DNA from: Hydrolagus affinis
Lineage: Eukaryota
Direction: 5' to 3'
Length of the DNA: 64,000 bases
Assembly: GCA_012026655.1 (NCBI GenBank)
Contig: JAAILG010001539.1
Location: 1-64,000, forward strand
The notes under the pieces are model-generated. The model made no database searches. It saw nothing but the letters and a program-made list of their open reading frames with translations, and had not been told where the DNA came from. A program made the position numbers and the translations under genes. Shown here in pieces: positions 11,835 to 23,634 of the stretch. Each line of letters begins with the position of its first letter. The first letter of the stretch is position 1.

Positions 11835-12151
11835 TTGGAGAAACTAAAACCAGGGGTCACAATCTTAAAGTTAGGGGTCAGCCCTTTCGCACTGAGTTGA
11901 TTAAAAAAAAAAACTTCTTCACTCAGAGAGTAGTGAATGTATGGAATTCCTTAACCCAAAGGGTTGTTGATGCTCAGTCTTGAACATATTCAAGACTGAA
12001 ATAGATAGATTTCTCATTCATAAAGGATTAAGGGGTATGGGGATAAGGCAGGTAGCTGGAGTTAGAATGGAATATCAGCCATGATTGAATGGCGGGGCAG
12101 GTTTGAAGGGCCGAATGGCCAACTCCTGCTCGTACTTCTTATGTTCTTATT
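11835..12151 (+). mobile_element. CR1 LINE 3' end
   Basis: aaaaccaggggtcacaatcttaaag (TRGHNLK)...gggccgaatggccaactcctgctc followed by the ttcttatgttcttat tail; reverse-complement match to 43334-43690. Confidence 0.9.
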
Positions 12152-12974
12152 ATGGCCAGCATTCATGTTAATAATAATCCTTACATTTGATGTAGCACCT
12201 TTCATGTTGGGAGGACATCTGAACGCATTGTAAAGTGGACTGACTATATTTTGCAGGCAGATGCAGCAACCAATTTGCAAACAACAATATCACACAAGCA
12301 GTAGGGCATGCATGCGGGCGTATTAGTATATTTTATCCCACTTTTGAAGGTTGAAAGACCAGGGAAATAAGTGACTATTTGGGGTTGAGTTATAATTGGA
12401 TCAGTGTATGATTTAACATGTTGGACATCTGCAATGAATAATACTGTATTTACAGCATAAAATTAGCATGGAAAGAAAAATGGAAAAAGGATCTCTGGAG
12501 AATAGTGTATGTCTCCCAAGTTTTTTTTTCCCCCTAGGCTTTCAGGGCTGAACTTCTGGCTTTCCATGAACGTAACTCTATTTTAAAGCAAGATGACCCC
12601 ATTATGTTCAGCATTCATTCTTCAGATACACAAAGGTTATGACTTGAATCCCTCGGCAACTGGACTATCCCGTGGGAATTCCTTTATGCTGAAGTGAGTG
12701 ATGTGGCTCAGAAGATAATTTGGAGGTCAATGGACAAACATAATGTGTCAATAGGTGAAGAATACAGCTTTAAGTTTATTATTAGAAAACATTTGAGGTA
12801 TTAGAAATGCATCTCAAGTGAATTGGATAGAGATTTTGAGCACGCTGTGCTTTTTTAACATGAAGCTACAGATTGGGATGTGAGAAAAGGCAATGAGTAA
12901 TGTTTACAGATATAGATCAGGAATGTACTCCAACTCTAAGTACTCTTTGGACTGTTTTCCCACAGACTTGAATC

Positions 12975-13695
12975 TGTCCTTAAAGCTCTCTGAACCCCTG
13001 CACAATTGAGGCGTCAGGTTCTCCAGTAATCCTTCCACCCCCACACATGATCCCTGGCCAGGACTGTTTTCCTCCATGCCCGCCACATTGCCCGTCTCTG
13101 ACAATACCTCACTCCACAAGTTTCTAAAACCCTTGTCCACGCTTTTGTCACCTGTCAGCTGGACTATTCAAACACCCTCCTCGCCATTCTCCCCATCTAG
13201 ACTATTTTCAAAATTCAACTCATCCAAAACTCCACCACCAGCATTCTCACCCACACTGAACTCTGCACCCTGATTACCCCAGTCCTTGTCAAACTCCACT
13301 GACTCCCTGTCATAAAGAGGATCAACTTCAAGATCCTCACTCTAGTGTTTAAATCCTTCCATACCTTGGCGTACCCCTATCTCTCTAACCTTTTTCCTCA
13401 CAGTAATACCTGCTGCCTCCGCTCTACTGGTTCCAGCCTCCTCTTTGACCCGCAATTCTCAGCTCCATCATCGGCAGCTGTGCCTTCAGCCACAATGCCT
13501 CAAAGCTATGGAACTCCCTCCCTCAATCCCTTTGCCTTGCCCCATTTTCAGATTGCTCCTAATAACGTTCCTCTTCGAACATGCCTATGGTCACCATCCC
13601 TCTCCCCCTGGCTCCACATTGGGCTCCCCCATTGTTAAGCACTGTGGGATGCTGCCTGGCATGGAGAGCGCTATATAAATGCAAGTTGTTGTTGT
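12975..13695 (+). mobile_element. L2 LINE 3' fragment
   Basis: ctccactgactccctgtc...aggatcaacttcaagatcctcactctagtgtttaaatcc (RINFKILTLVFKS), ends gcgctatataaatgcaagttgttgttg. Confidence 0.88.
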
Positions 13696-14183
13696 ATTCA
13701 ATGTTGTACTGTAATGTTTTTAAATTGGTTCAAACCTTTGCTGATTGGTACTTTTTAGGTAGTAATTTCACCCCTCGCTTGATGATCCTGAATCTTTCAG
13801 GGGTGTGAATCCACTGGGGTTAGGGATGGTAAAGCAACTCCATTGGGTCAGATATGGGGCTTGCTCTGTTGCCTACTCTAAATGTCCATTGTAGAAATGT
13901 GAGCATCCGTTAAGGTTTAGAGGACTTCTTTCCTCTCTGTTGTCTGCACTTTTCAGCAAGAGTCACTGGCTGGTTTGTTCCTTCCTTAATCTAGGATCTA
14001 TGTGACAAATTGTACTGGCTTTACTGCTGCTCTGAGTGAGATCAGTTAATTCAGGACAAAGTGAGACTCAGGGGTGGGACCTAATTATCTGCAAGGCTTG
14101 TAGGGCAGGCACTACCTGCTGGTCTGTATGGCTCGTAGGACAGTATCCACATTCAACCCAGTTGAATGGGATAGATATAAATA

Positions 14184-14375
14184 CAGTGTAACCCCATTCT
14201 AAGGCCGTTTGCTATTGGCGTGGGTTTGTTTATAGCACGATTGGGATATGGGGCTTGTGAAGTTGGCCAGTCAGCACGGGAAATAGAACTGTATCACTCT
14301 TTGGAATACTGACATTCCATGGTACACTATAAAGGGTCTATAAAGAGACCCCTGCGTTATATCTGGGTCTGACTG
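14184..14375. mobile_element. Old Tigger/pogo-like MITE (192 bp)
   Basis: TA|CAGTGTAACCCCATTCTAAGGC ... GCGTTATATCTGGGTCTGACTG|TA. TA on both sides; the termini match 14/22 as inverted repeats. Confidence 0.5.
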
Positions 14376-15599
14376 TATGTAAAAGAATTGAGAAAAATAG
14401 TTTGCTAATGACCACTGAGGATTGGGGATGAGAGCATATTTCTGTAAATAGTTATCACAAATCCCATTTTTAGGAGAACTATTTGGTTTTTTTTAAAAAA
14501 AAGTGTTGCGATTAATCCAAAAGAATGTTTCTGGGTACAAGGAGTGTATCATTGCAGACTCTTCGACCATATATTAATCACCATTTATATTAAGAATCTC
14601 CTGTGTATTTTTGTCCCAGTAATTCAATCCTGTCTGTTGGGGATGGATTGACTTGGTGACTGCATTGTTTAGACAGATGGCTAGAATCTTAGCCACAGTT
14701 TGAAATTGCAATCAGAAGGGACCTAAAAGAGGCATCATGCAATGGATGCTTAAGGCAAGTATCTTGCCAGATATCCATGGTATCACTGACGAGTGTTATA
14801 TACTGATATCAATAAGGAGAGATTCCAACTGTGCAAAGGTTTACCAACATAATATAAAGTCACTACACTTTACAATAATTTCTGTGAAGCACTTTGAAAC
14901 ATGCCCCTGACAAAAAAGACTCTAGCTAATGCTATATCAAATTACTTGATAATTTATTTGTTGTTTGGGGCCGGTGTCGAGGCGTTTTGCCAGGCGTAGC
15001 TGGCTATTGGCCCCGGGTACCTCCCATTGGGTCTGTCCTCTCCCCCTTTCAATTCATTTTGACCACCTGTCCTGCAGGCCACTTGGTAATTGTGCTGGGT
15101 TCTGGGATGGTGTTTATCAGCAATTTCTCAATTGAAAGTTGTTTCAGCTCCAACTGTGTGGAAAGTTTTGAGGCAGTTCTGCCAACCCCACCCTTCTTAG
15201 CACTGGGTACAGGTAGAAACCTAACAAGGAGCGGCATTTGTTGCCGGCGTAGTAGGCTCTAGGCACAGCCTCAAGCAGCTACACACAAAGGTTGGTTCTT
15301 CATGGAGATGGTGGTGGTGGCGGAAGCGACTTAGCTGTTTGAAACTCTTCTTTGATATCCCGAGACTGCTTAGTAGCTGAACTATTATGCAGGTTCCTTT
15401 CCCTTCCCCTGTCCAGCCTGGGTGCCCAGCCATCTGTAAAGCACTTTTTAGACACCTCTTGACACTTTAAATGTAAATTCTATTGTACAGTATGTTGCTT
15501 ACGGATGCCTGGCTTGTCCCCAGAGCTGAATTCAATTGGCAGCTCTGTATGCCTGCAGACAGAGTCTCTTTCCACAGTTCTGCAACAAGTTTCAAGCTT

Positions 15600-15735
15600 T
15601 GCTGAGTAGCACTTTCACCTCAGGGTTCAAGCCCCACGTCAGGGATGAAGGATGGTCTTCAATGCAAAACCGGGGAATGCTGCATTGTCAGGAGAGACGC
15701 TGCTCTTCAAATTAGTCATTAAACCAATGTTCAGC
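15600..15735 (+). mobile_element. Old Deu-core SINE fragment
   Basis: gtagcactttcacctc..ggttcaagccccac...gggaatgctgcattgtcagg...ttaaacc. Confidence 0.6.
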
Positions 15736-16505
15736 CAACAACAACAACAACAAAATTACACTTATAGAGCACCTTTCACATCAGGAAGACATCCTAAAGT
15801 GCTGTAGTCAGGTCGGGACCCAAGCGAGAGGGAGGGGCAGGGTAGGGGAGAGGGGAGGGAGCAGAAGGCACAATCGAAAAGGAGGGTCTTGAGATCGGCC
15901 TTGAAGGAGACAAGGGAAGAAGCGAGGTGAAGGGGAAGCAGTTCCAGATTGTGGGGTCAGAGAGGCTGAAAGCCCATCCACCAATGGTAGAGCGAGTTGG
16001 GGCGGGGAACATGGAGTAGACTGGAGCCCGCTGAATGGAGGGGGCGGCAGGTTCTTAGGGAGTTAGCAAGTCAGGGAGATAGGAGGGAGCAAGGCCGTGA
16101 ATGACTTTGAAAGTGAGGACGAGGATGTTGAGTTCGATCCTCTGGGGGATGGGGAGCCAATGGAGTTGGGCGAGGGTGGGAGTGATGTGGTCGTGGAGCT
16201 TAGTGCAGGTTCTACCATCCAGAAGTCCACCTCATTCAAAACTCTACAGCACCCATCCTGACCAGCACCAAACTCCACACGCCCATGATTCCAGTTCCCA
16301 CTAGGTTCCACTGGCTTGCTGACACCTAAAAAAAATCAATCTCCAGTTCCTCACATTCACCTGGGAGTAATGTGGTCGCAGAACTTGGTGCGGGAGAGGA
16401 CACGAGCTGCAGAGCTCTGGATGATCTGATTTGTGAAGGGAAGCGCCGGGAAGGCCGTTGAGGAGTGAGTTTCCATAGTCAAGCCTTGATGTGACGAATG
16501 TATGG
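15736..16505 (-). mobile_element. L2 LINE 3' fragment interrupted by an oppositely oriented L2 piece (16216-16358)
   Basis: (CAA)n tail at 15736; gaaagtgaggacgaggatgttgagttcgatcctctgg matches other copies; the internal segment reads in L2 sense (attcaaaactct...ttccactggct). Confidence 0.85.
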
Positions 16506-17735
16506 ACAAGTCGAGCCTACCTTTCCTCGGGTGGATATTTATATTACTTGAAGGGTTTCTCCTGGTCTCCTGACCAAATATCATCTGGATTCATTTCTCG
16601 TGCACGTCATGATAAATATCTGCCAAGTTTACCTCTATAAAAACTTTGACAATAATTGCTCTAAAGTGCTTTGAAATGTTTGAGCATGTAAGGAGCTATA
16701 AAATGCAAGTTCTCTCTTTTCAGCATTTGTGTAGATTCTTGACTTTAACTTTCTCCCTTAATCTAAAACGTTTGGGGATACTGAAACTCATCAACCCAAA
16801 GGAAATGGCTCAAGTGACTAGTTATCAGCATTGACTAGTTATCCAAACTAAGGTATGTTGAAAGTACAAAGTACTGGAAAAGCCAGGATATCGAGTGAAT
16901 GACTAGTTATGTGGGATTGATGACTTATCCCAAGAGTGAGTGATCATCCTTGAACCCCACATAACTAGTTTCACTGTAGTCAGTGTGACTAGTGTCACTG
17001 TATTGTCTCTCTAAATTACTGGATTGACTGTCTGCCAGAACAGAAACGGTGAATTATTTACACATACATACTGAGTAACCATATCACAGAGTCAAACACT
17101 GAACCATTAGTTCAGATCAAGGTCGAGTGTCGAAGGGGCCATGGACCATAAAAATAATTGATCCCACCCTGCAAGAATGGGCTGGAGCAAAGTGGGAAAT
17201 CGATGCATAAAAATACATGAAATTAAAATACCGATACGAATAGAAGCTTGAACCTAATGTGTACAAGGCTTGTACCCTTACAGCTATAGGTGACCAGCCA
17301 TTAAGCAGAGTAGGGACTTGGCTAGCCAATAGGATAGGTCCTGCACACACAGTTATAGATGGTCACATCTTTTAAGAATGCATTAAACAGTTATTAGCCG
17401 CATTACTTACAGCAGTTGGGAAGCACATGTGATGAACTGGTTTATTTAATTTCTTTTTAAAAGTCATTTACTTTGTGGCACATTACTGTGTGCAAATTAC
17501 AGTAGTTACCATGTTTCCACCAAACACACATTCATTGCACATTAGAATTATATCCTATGAAGCACTTTGAGATATCCTCCCATCTTGAAATACTCTGTTC
17601 AAATACAGTATATGGATTATATATTATTATTATAGATACATATATAATGTGTAGATTATTTATATGTATATATATTTAAAATATATGACCATCACTATAA
17701 CCTATTTCTTGACGGTAACTGTGAGCTGCCTATCC

Positions 17736-17835
17736 NNNNNNNNNNNNNNNNNNNNNNNNNNNNNNNNNNNNNNNNNNNNNNNNNNNNNNNNNNNNNNNNN
17801 NNNNNNNNNNNNNNNNNNNNNNNNNNNNNNNNNNN
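17736..17835. other. Assembly gap (100 N)
   Basis: Run of exactly 100 N. Confidence 1.
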
Positions 17836-18002
17836 ATTTTATTATTGTGGTTTTTTTTGGAGGGATTATTATTAGGCGTGTGGAGTAAGGAAACTTGCCC
17901 AAGGTTTCGCCCTGACCTGCCTGGATTCGAACACAGGTCTCCCCAGCTTGGTCTCCCCAGCTTGCAAGACAAGTGCTCTAACCACTGAGCCACAGGAGCT
18001 CC
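17836..18002 (-). mobile_element. Young tRNA SINE, short form, 5' half (3' half lost in the gap)
   Basis: Minus strand ggagctcctgtggctcagtggttagagcacttg...gttcgaatccaggcagg...ccttgggcaagtttccttactccacacgcctaataataatccc. Confidence 0.9.
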
Positions 18003-19157
18003 AAATGCTTCACCTGCAAATAAATTTGCCATCCAAGGGTTCTTTCTTCAGAAAGATCACTTTCTTCAATTTAATAACTTAGCTTGAACTTTGATGCTGC
18101 CAGTTGAACCTGAGGAAATTGAATGATTCCAAAGTTTTTTTTGTTAAATTTTATAACGTCAATCTTTTTCAAATTGTATTGTCTTACTGCAACTCGAACG
18201 CTTTGCACACTTTGATAAATGCAGTTTTAAAATTGAAACCCATGTATGTCTGTCTATGAGAACATTAATAGGGAGAAAGAAGTGAGTCTTACAGTGTTTA
18301 ATATCCTTGCTATTTAATGATTTCTTCTGACTGCTGACATTAATTTTGGAGGTTTTTTTTTAATTAAAAATAATCTTCCCGTCAACTTGACAAGAGTTTT
18401 CTCCTATCTCTGGAAATGCCACTAATCTTAGTTGACAGTTAAATTGCTCAGTAGTAGCTTTATGTTGCTTTCTCTACAACGACTGTGTGCCTGTGGAAAT
18501 GATCTGGCCACAGTGTTCTTCCTTTCTATCTGGAGGCTGGTTTGCACTTTGGAAAAGCTGCCGACAGGTTTCATGTGGATTAAAAAAATACAATATTCAG
18601 TAACTGGTGGCCAGCTGGCAAATAGCCGACACTTGCACAGTTGTACCAGTGGAATCCAATCCTTGGCAGTCTGCTTCAGTTGTAAACTGAACCGAGTGTA
18701 TTGCAAAATGGTTTCTAGTTGACATCATGTAGATTTTGTTTTTCTTTTGTGCTCCGTGCATCCAGTTTTTGAAAAGAATATCCTGCACGTTTAATAGTTA
18801 GCAGTAGCAAATTTCCAGCAAACTACTTAGTGCTGCAAGAGTAGTGTATGAAAAAATGTGACCTGAAATTCAATCAAGAGCAAAAAGGTGCGAAATTGTC
18901 ATTGTATCTGAGTTTGCATGTGAAACACGAGTGAAGTTCAGCCAATAGTTTAGTGGATAATTTTATACATTGTATTTTATATTTTATACATTATAATGTA
19001 TATTATATATAATCTTGTACATTATATAAAGTTGGAGAAGTTGAAAATGTTTTAAAATAAACATTTCTGGAGAGTTATGTTTGGATAGATAAAATAGTAG
19101 TTTTACAGTTGTTACTCCAAAGAACCTGGAGTATTCATTATGGAATTTATTTTTTTT

Positions 19158-19492
19158 GGAGTCCTGTAGCTCAGTGGTTAGAGCACTCGCTTACAAGCGT
19201 GAGCCACTTACAAGCGTGAGACTTGGGTTCAATTCCAGGCAGGGCAAAACTTTGGGCAAGTTTCCTTAATTCACACGCTTGACAATAATCCCTCAAGAAA
19301 AATAATTATAAATTGGTTATTTCAATCCACGACTGTTTGTGGGACACTGCTGTGCACAATTGGCTGCCGCATTCGCTCATAAATATATACGGTCTATTCA
19401 CTTTATAGTATATTTGGTGAAGCACTTTGAGACATCTAGAAGACTTGATAATGCGCTATATCAAATGGAAAGATTATTATTATCATTATTAT
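19158..19492 (+). mobile_element. Young tRNA SINE, short form, full length
   Basis: GGAGTCCTGTAGCTCAGTGGTTAGAGC (A box), GGTTCAATTCC (B box), Deu-type body, (TTA)n tail. Confidence 0.93.
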
Positions 19493-20696
19493 TGTGCCAA
19501 GGGCAGTGTTCAAAGGTTGGTGTGTTGTTCTTTGACTGATTACAGTCAGATTGTTAAAAAAAAGTAGGAATTATACAGTTTGAATAACTAACCTGTTTGT
19601 GCTATGTCACACTACCTCCATACCAGAATACTGGCAATGTCTCTCAACCTCCATCATTTGAAAATTGGATTTTCCTGATGTGGAATTATACCTTTAACCC
19701 AAGGCAGCCACCCAACTTATAGTGCCTGTGCCAACTCTCTGTAACTGTTTAGGTCTCACTCCCTCTGCCTTTTCTCCAAATCCTGTTACATTTTTCCTTT
19801 TCACATCTTTATCTAATTCCCTTTTGAAAGCTAGTATGACTCCTGTTTTACTGCTTTACTGTTTTTATATCTAATGTGATTAATTCTTACATTTTAGTCT
19901 GAGTGCAGTCAGATTGCAAAAAGAAGCAATAAAGCGGTTTGAATAACTCACCAAAGAGTTTTGTGCTATACCATACCCCATAGGCGCAAACCTTAGACTG
20001 TCATGACCAACATAAAAGGTGTTATGAATGTAATTTTGTATTGTACACTTGATATTAGTGCTTTTTGTGTCAGAAAGATGTCTCAAAGCCCTTCACAGGA
20101 TACACTGTAAAGTGTAGTAATCTGTGTATTTTCTAGGGGAATTTTGTAATTATTCGGTGGTTACTGTTTGCTAAATGTTTCCTTACTCTTGCCTCACTGC
20201 ATATCCTGGAACTAGGTCACAAACTCCCTCCTACTTTATTGGACTAAAAACCTGCTGATCTGGAAAGCAGTCCTGGACTCATTATAGAAAACCCTCCCCT
20301 TTTGGCCACTTGGTGTGTCTGCTTTCTTGCTCAGTGCATATATTTTCTCTATAAAAAGTTGTGCTGAAAGGTTATTTTTTGGCAATGAAAGATTTCCAGA
20401 CAAACAAGGGATAGTGATAGCTATTATTCAATTTTGTTTGTCTTTATATTTATGGCATTACAGCAGTGTGAATAAATGTGCTCAATCAAACTCCTCTCTC
20501 TCTCATTCTGTCACTCTCTTCTCCCTTCATCCCCTGCTTGAAAACGGAATTGGGACAAATCTAAGATTAACCGTTTGCCATGGCATTTATTTGCAGGTGA
20601 GGTTTTAACCATCAAATTTAAACATGAAACTGAGATTTTATTAAAAGGAGAAATCAAAAGTTCAGTACTTGACATGAATAGTATTTGTTCTGTATT

Positions 20697-21055
20697 GTAT
20701 TGGTTAGTGCATTCACCTGACAAGTGAGCGGACCTGGGTTTGATTCCCAGGCAGGGTGAAAAATTAGGCAAATTACCTTATTTCACATGTCTCTGTTTAC
20801 CTTGCAGTAAGTAGGAACCCGGTTGTTAACCGACATGTAAGGTGCTCTATAAGTGTAATTTTGTTGTTGTATCGCTTTTACAGGGTTAATAATCCCTTTT
20901 TAAAGAAAAAACTAATAAAATTGATTATTCACTGTGTGGGTATTGTGGACATATCTGTGTGCAATATGGCTGCCATGTTCACACATAAAACATAGTCACT
21001 GCACTTTCCATTATAACCTTTGAAGTGCTTTGAGATGTTCCTTCTGACGTGAAAA
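20697..21055 (+). mobile_element. tRNA SINE, long form, diverged, with a short L2 tail nested near 20831-20870
   Basis: ggttagtgcattcacc...gggtttgattcccaggcaggg...ctctgtttaccttgcagtaagtaggaaccc; nested gtaaggtgctctataagtgtaattttgttgttg. Confidence 0.75.
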
Positions 21056-21064
21056 TCAATAAGT

Positions 21065-21627
21065 CACATCTCAAAGTGCTTCACAAGGTTTTACTGTGAA
21101 GTGTAGTTACCGTGTTTTTGTAGGCAAACACAGCAGCGTCTTAGAGACAACCACAAAGTAAATGACGCATTTTTATCTGGCGGACTGTTGGCTAAGACAC
21201 CAGAAGAAACTTTCTCTTTTTAAATAGTGCCACAGGTTCCACCTGACCCTCCTCCTTGGGGGAAGGTAAGCAGAGCTCAAGTTGGAGCTCAACTGGCCAC
21301 AAGGTGACATGCCTGGCAATAGAATATTGGAATTGAGCCCACGGCAGGACCTGGAAGTGCAAACCAGTCACTGGGTGTAGGCAGTCAACCCACTCAGCTC
21401 CCGTTAACCCTCCAAGCCAAAGCCCTAACGGATGGGTGTTCCTAGCTGGTCAAGCAGGAGGAAAGCTTGCAATATCAATGGCAAGCTATGCAGTTTTAGC
21501 TGGTTAGACCCCAAAGCACACTCAATGGTCCCCAAGCCGTGGCTCTTGCCAACCTGTACACAATGACTTGAACCCACAACCTTCTGATTCAGAGACCCTG
21601 GTGCTATCAAATGAACCAAGCTGACAT
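21065..21627 (-). mobile_element. Old Deu-core SINE, interrupted by unclassified repeat A
   Basis: Head cttgaacccacaaccttctgattcagag...aaccaagctgaca at 21568-21627; body and tail (catctcaaagtgcttcac, gacaccagaagaaac, aatagtgcc) at 21065-21260. Confidence 0.6.
21397..21555. repeat. Unclassified interspersed repeat A, copy 1
   Basis: Colinear with 44623-44798 (taaccct...agctgg..aagca..aggaaa.cttgc...cccaagcc.tggct.ttgccaacct). Confidence 0.75.
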
Positions 21628-22061
21628 AACTAGCACTATATCAAACATACAATACAATAGTAAATTGCTAACCCACTTAGAAAAGGAAGGCTTTGACTTT
21701 GTTCCTGTGTCACCTTTGCCAGTGGTAAAGGGGGAGGTGGGAGGGATGTGATGTGGTTTATCAAGATGCTGCTCTATTATCTACTGACTCTCCCTTGGAT
21801 AAGCTTTAATACAAATCATTTTCTCTTTGTCCTTCCTGTGTTCCAGAGTCCCATATATAATGACTCTTTTAAAAACGGTTATTAATACTGAAAGCACATC
21901 CTCAGCCAGCTGGTCAGGCTTATTGTGTGTCTGACAGTCCACCTGTTAGAAACAACGCCTGGGGAGTGGGGTCAGACTGCACGTGTTGGGAATGCAAAAC
22001 TTGCTGTCCTTGGGTACGGATATTTAAAGACAAAGGTGACAATGGCTCAGATTATTTCTTA

Positions 22062-22834
22062 TCAGGAATCTGGGCGTCTTGTTCGACCCCGAACTATCCT
22101 TCCTCCCCCACATCTGCTCCTTGACCAGCACAGCCTTCCATCAACTCCGTAATATTGCCAGACTCCGCCACTACCTCACCCCCCACGCCGCAGAAACTCT
22201 CATCCACGCCTTTATCACTTCCAGGCTCGACAACGGGAACTCTCTCCTCGTCGGCCTCCCCAGCTCCTCCCTCACAGGCTGCAGATCATTCAGAATTCTG
22301 CAGCTCGTGCACTCTCCGTACCAGACTCTGTGACCACATCCCTCCCACCCTCACCCGTCTCCACTGGCTCCCCGTCACCCAGAGGATCGAATTCAAGATC
22401 CTTGTTCTCACTTTCAAGGCCACTCACGGCCTTGCCCCCGCCTATCTCTCTGACCCACTGTCTCCCTATCAGCCTGCCCGCACCCTCCGTTCAGCAGACT
22501 CAGGCCTGCTCCGCGTCCACTGCCCTAACTGCCCAACCATCGGCGGCCGGGCTTTCAGCCTCTCTGTTCCCACACTGTGGAACTCCATCCGACAGCCCCT
22601 CCGCCTTGCTTCCTCTCTTTCCTCCTTCAAGACCGGTCTCAAGACCTTCTTCCTTCGGCTGCCCCACTAACTCTTCCCCCTCTCCCATTCTCCTTCCCAC
22701 TGCCCCCTGCCCTGACCCTCCCTCCCACCCCCTCCCCTCTGCTCAGGTCCCAACCTGACTGTTCAGCACTTTGGGACGTCTTCCCAATGTGAAAGGCGCT
22801 ATATAAGTGCAATTTTGTTGTTGGTGTTGTTGTT
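22062..22834 (+). mobile_element. L2 LINE 3' ~770 bp, best-preserved copy
   Basis: ORFs 22079 (FHQLRNIARLRHYL..ETLIHAFITSRLD) and 22155 (DHIPPTLTRLHWLPVTQRIEFKILVLTFKA...GRAFS...LWNS...FKTGLKTFF) are L2 ORF2 C-terminus with a frameshift; stem-loop and (TTG)n tail. Confidence 0.95.
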
Positions 22835-23079
22835 ATCAATTGTGTCACAATACCACAACATCCATGTCTCCAATTCTTTTGGTAACGCACTGGGCTGTAG
22901 AAATGGATAATAATAATAATAATTATAATTCTGCATTCTATGTAACTCTGATTGCTGAGGGGGAACAGGAACCTGCTCTTTGTGAGTTAGATATCAGCTC
23001 GGACAGCAGTTGAGGGCAGTATTCTCTGCAGGGTGGGGAGGGAGTAAGTGGAGTCTCCCTGGGGCTGAGCCACTTCCAA

Positions 23080-23219
23080 AGACACCGCTGTGTGCAATTG
23101 GCTGCTGTGTTTCTCTCACAAAATATACAATCCATTCACTTACAGTATATTCTGTGAAGTGCTTTGAGACGTCTCAATAATTTAAGGCTCTATATCAACT
23201 GCAAGGATTATTATTATAA
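23080..23219 (+). mobile_element. tRNA/Deu SINE 3' half
   Basis: gctgtgtgcaattggctgctgtgtttc...tgcaaggattattatta. Confidence 0.85.
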
Positions 23220-23634
23220 TGTAACATGCTTGGCAAAGGAATGCCAGGAATCAAGTCTGCCTTCATCGCAGTCTCGGTTTTTGAACCAGGTGGCTTCGAT
23301 TTATTCCAAAACACTGCTCATGAAACACCAGCCTGGCTTATCAGCAGGATAACAGTCACTGAGGCAGGGAATCTTCCTACTCAGCTTCTGTTAACTATGT
23401 ATGGCAACTTCTAACTGGTGGAGACAATACCATTCGTGAGCATTTTCCAGGCAGTGATCCCAATGTCAAGCCGTTTGCCTACAAAATGCATAGTCACTAC
23501 AATTGACGGTAAATCTTAAAAACAATACTTTGAGACAACCTCACAACATGACAGACACTATATCAAATGCAGTATTATTAGAATTATTAACAAAAAATTT
23601 ATCACAATCCTCGGCTCTTACCAATCTGTGCAAA

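Noticed and set aside
12538-12642. Strong acceptor followed by AFRAELLAFHERNSILKQDDPIMFSIHSSDTQRL*
   Set aside because: Peptide unrecognised, only weak donors, and no other support.
18960-19030. AT-rich hairpin (atacattataatgtat)
   Set aside because: Low-complexity TA-rich sequence; self-complementarity is expected by chance.
19158-19240. tRNA gene (A and B boxes)
   Set aside because: It is a SINE head that continues into the SINE body, with no acceptor stem or terminator; the same applies to the other copies.
22079-22758. ORFs of 84-171 aa as a host gene
   Set aside because: They are frameshifted pieces of L2 ORF2 and its alternative frames.
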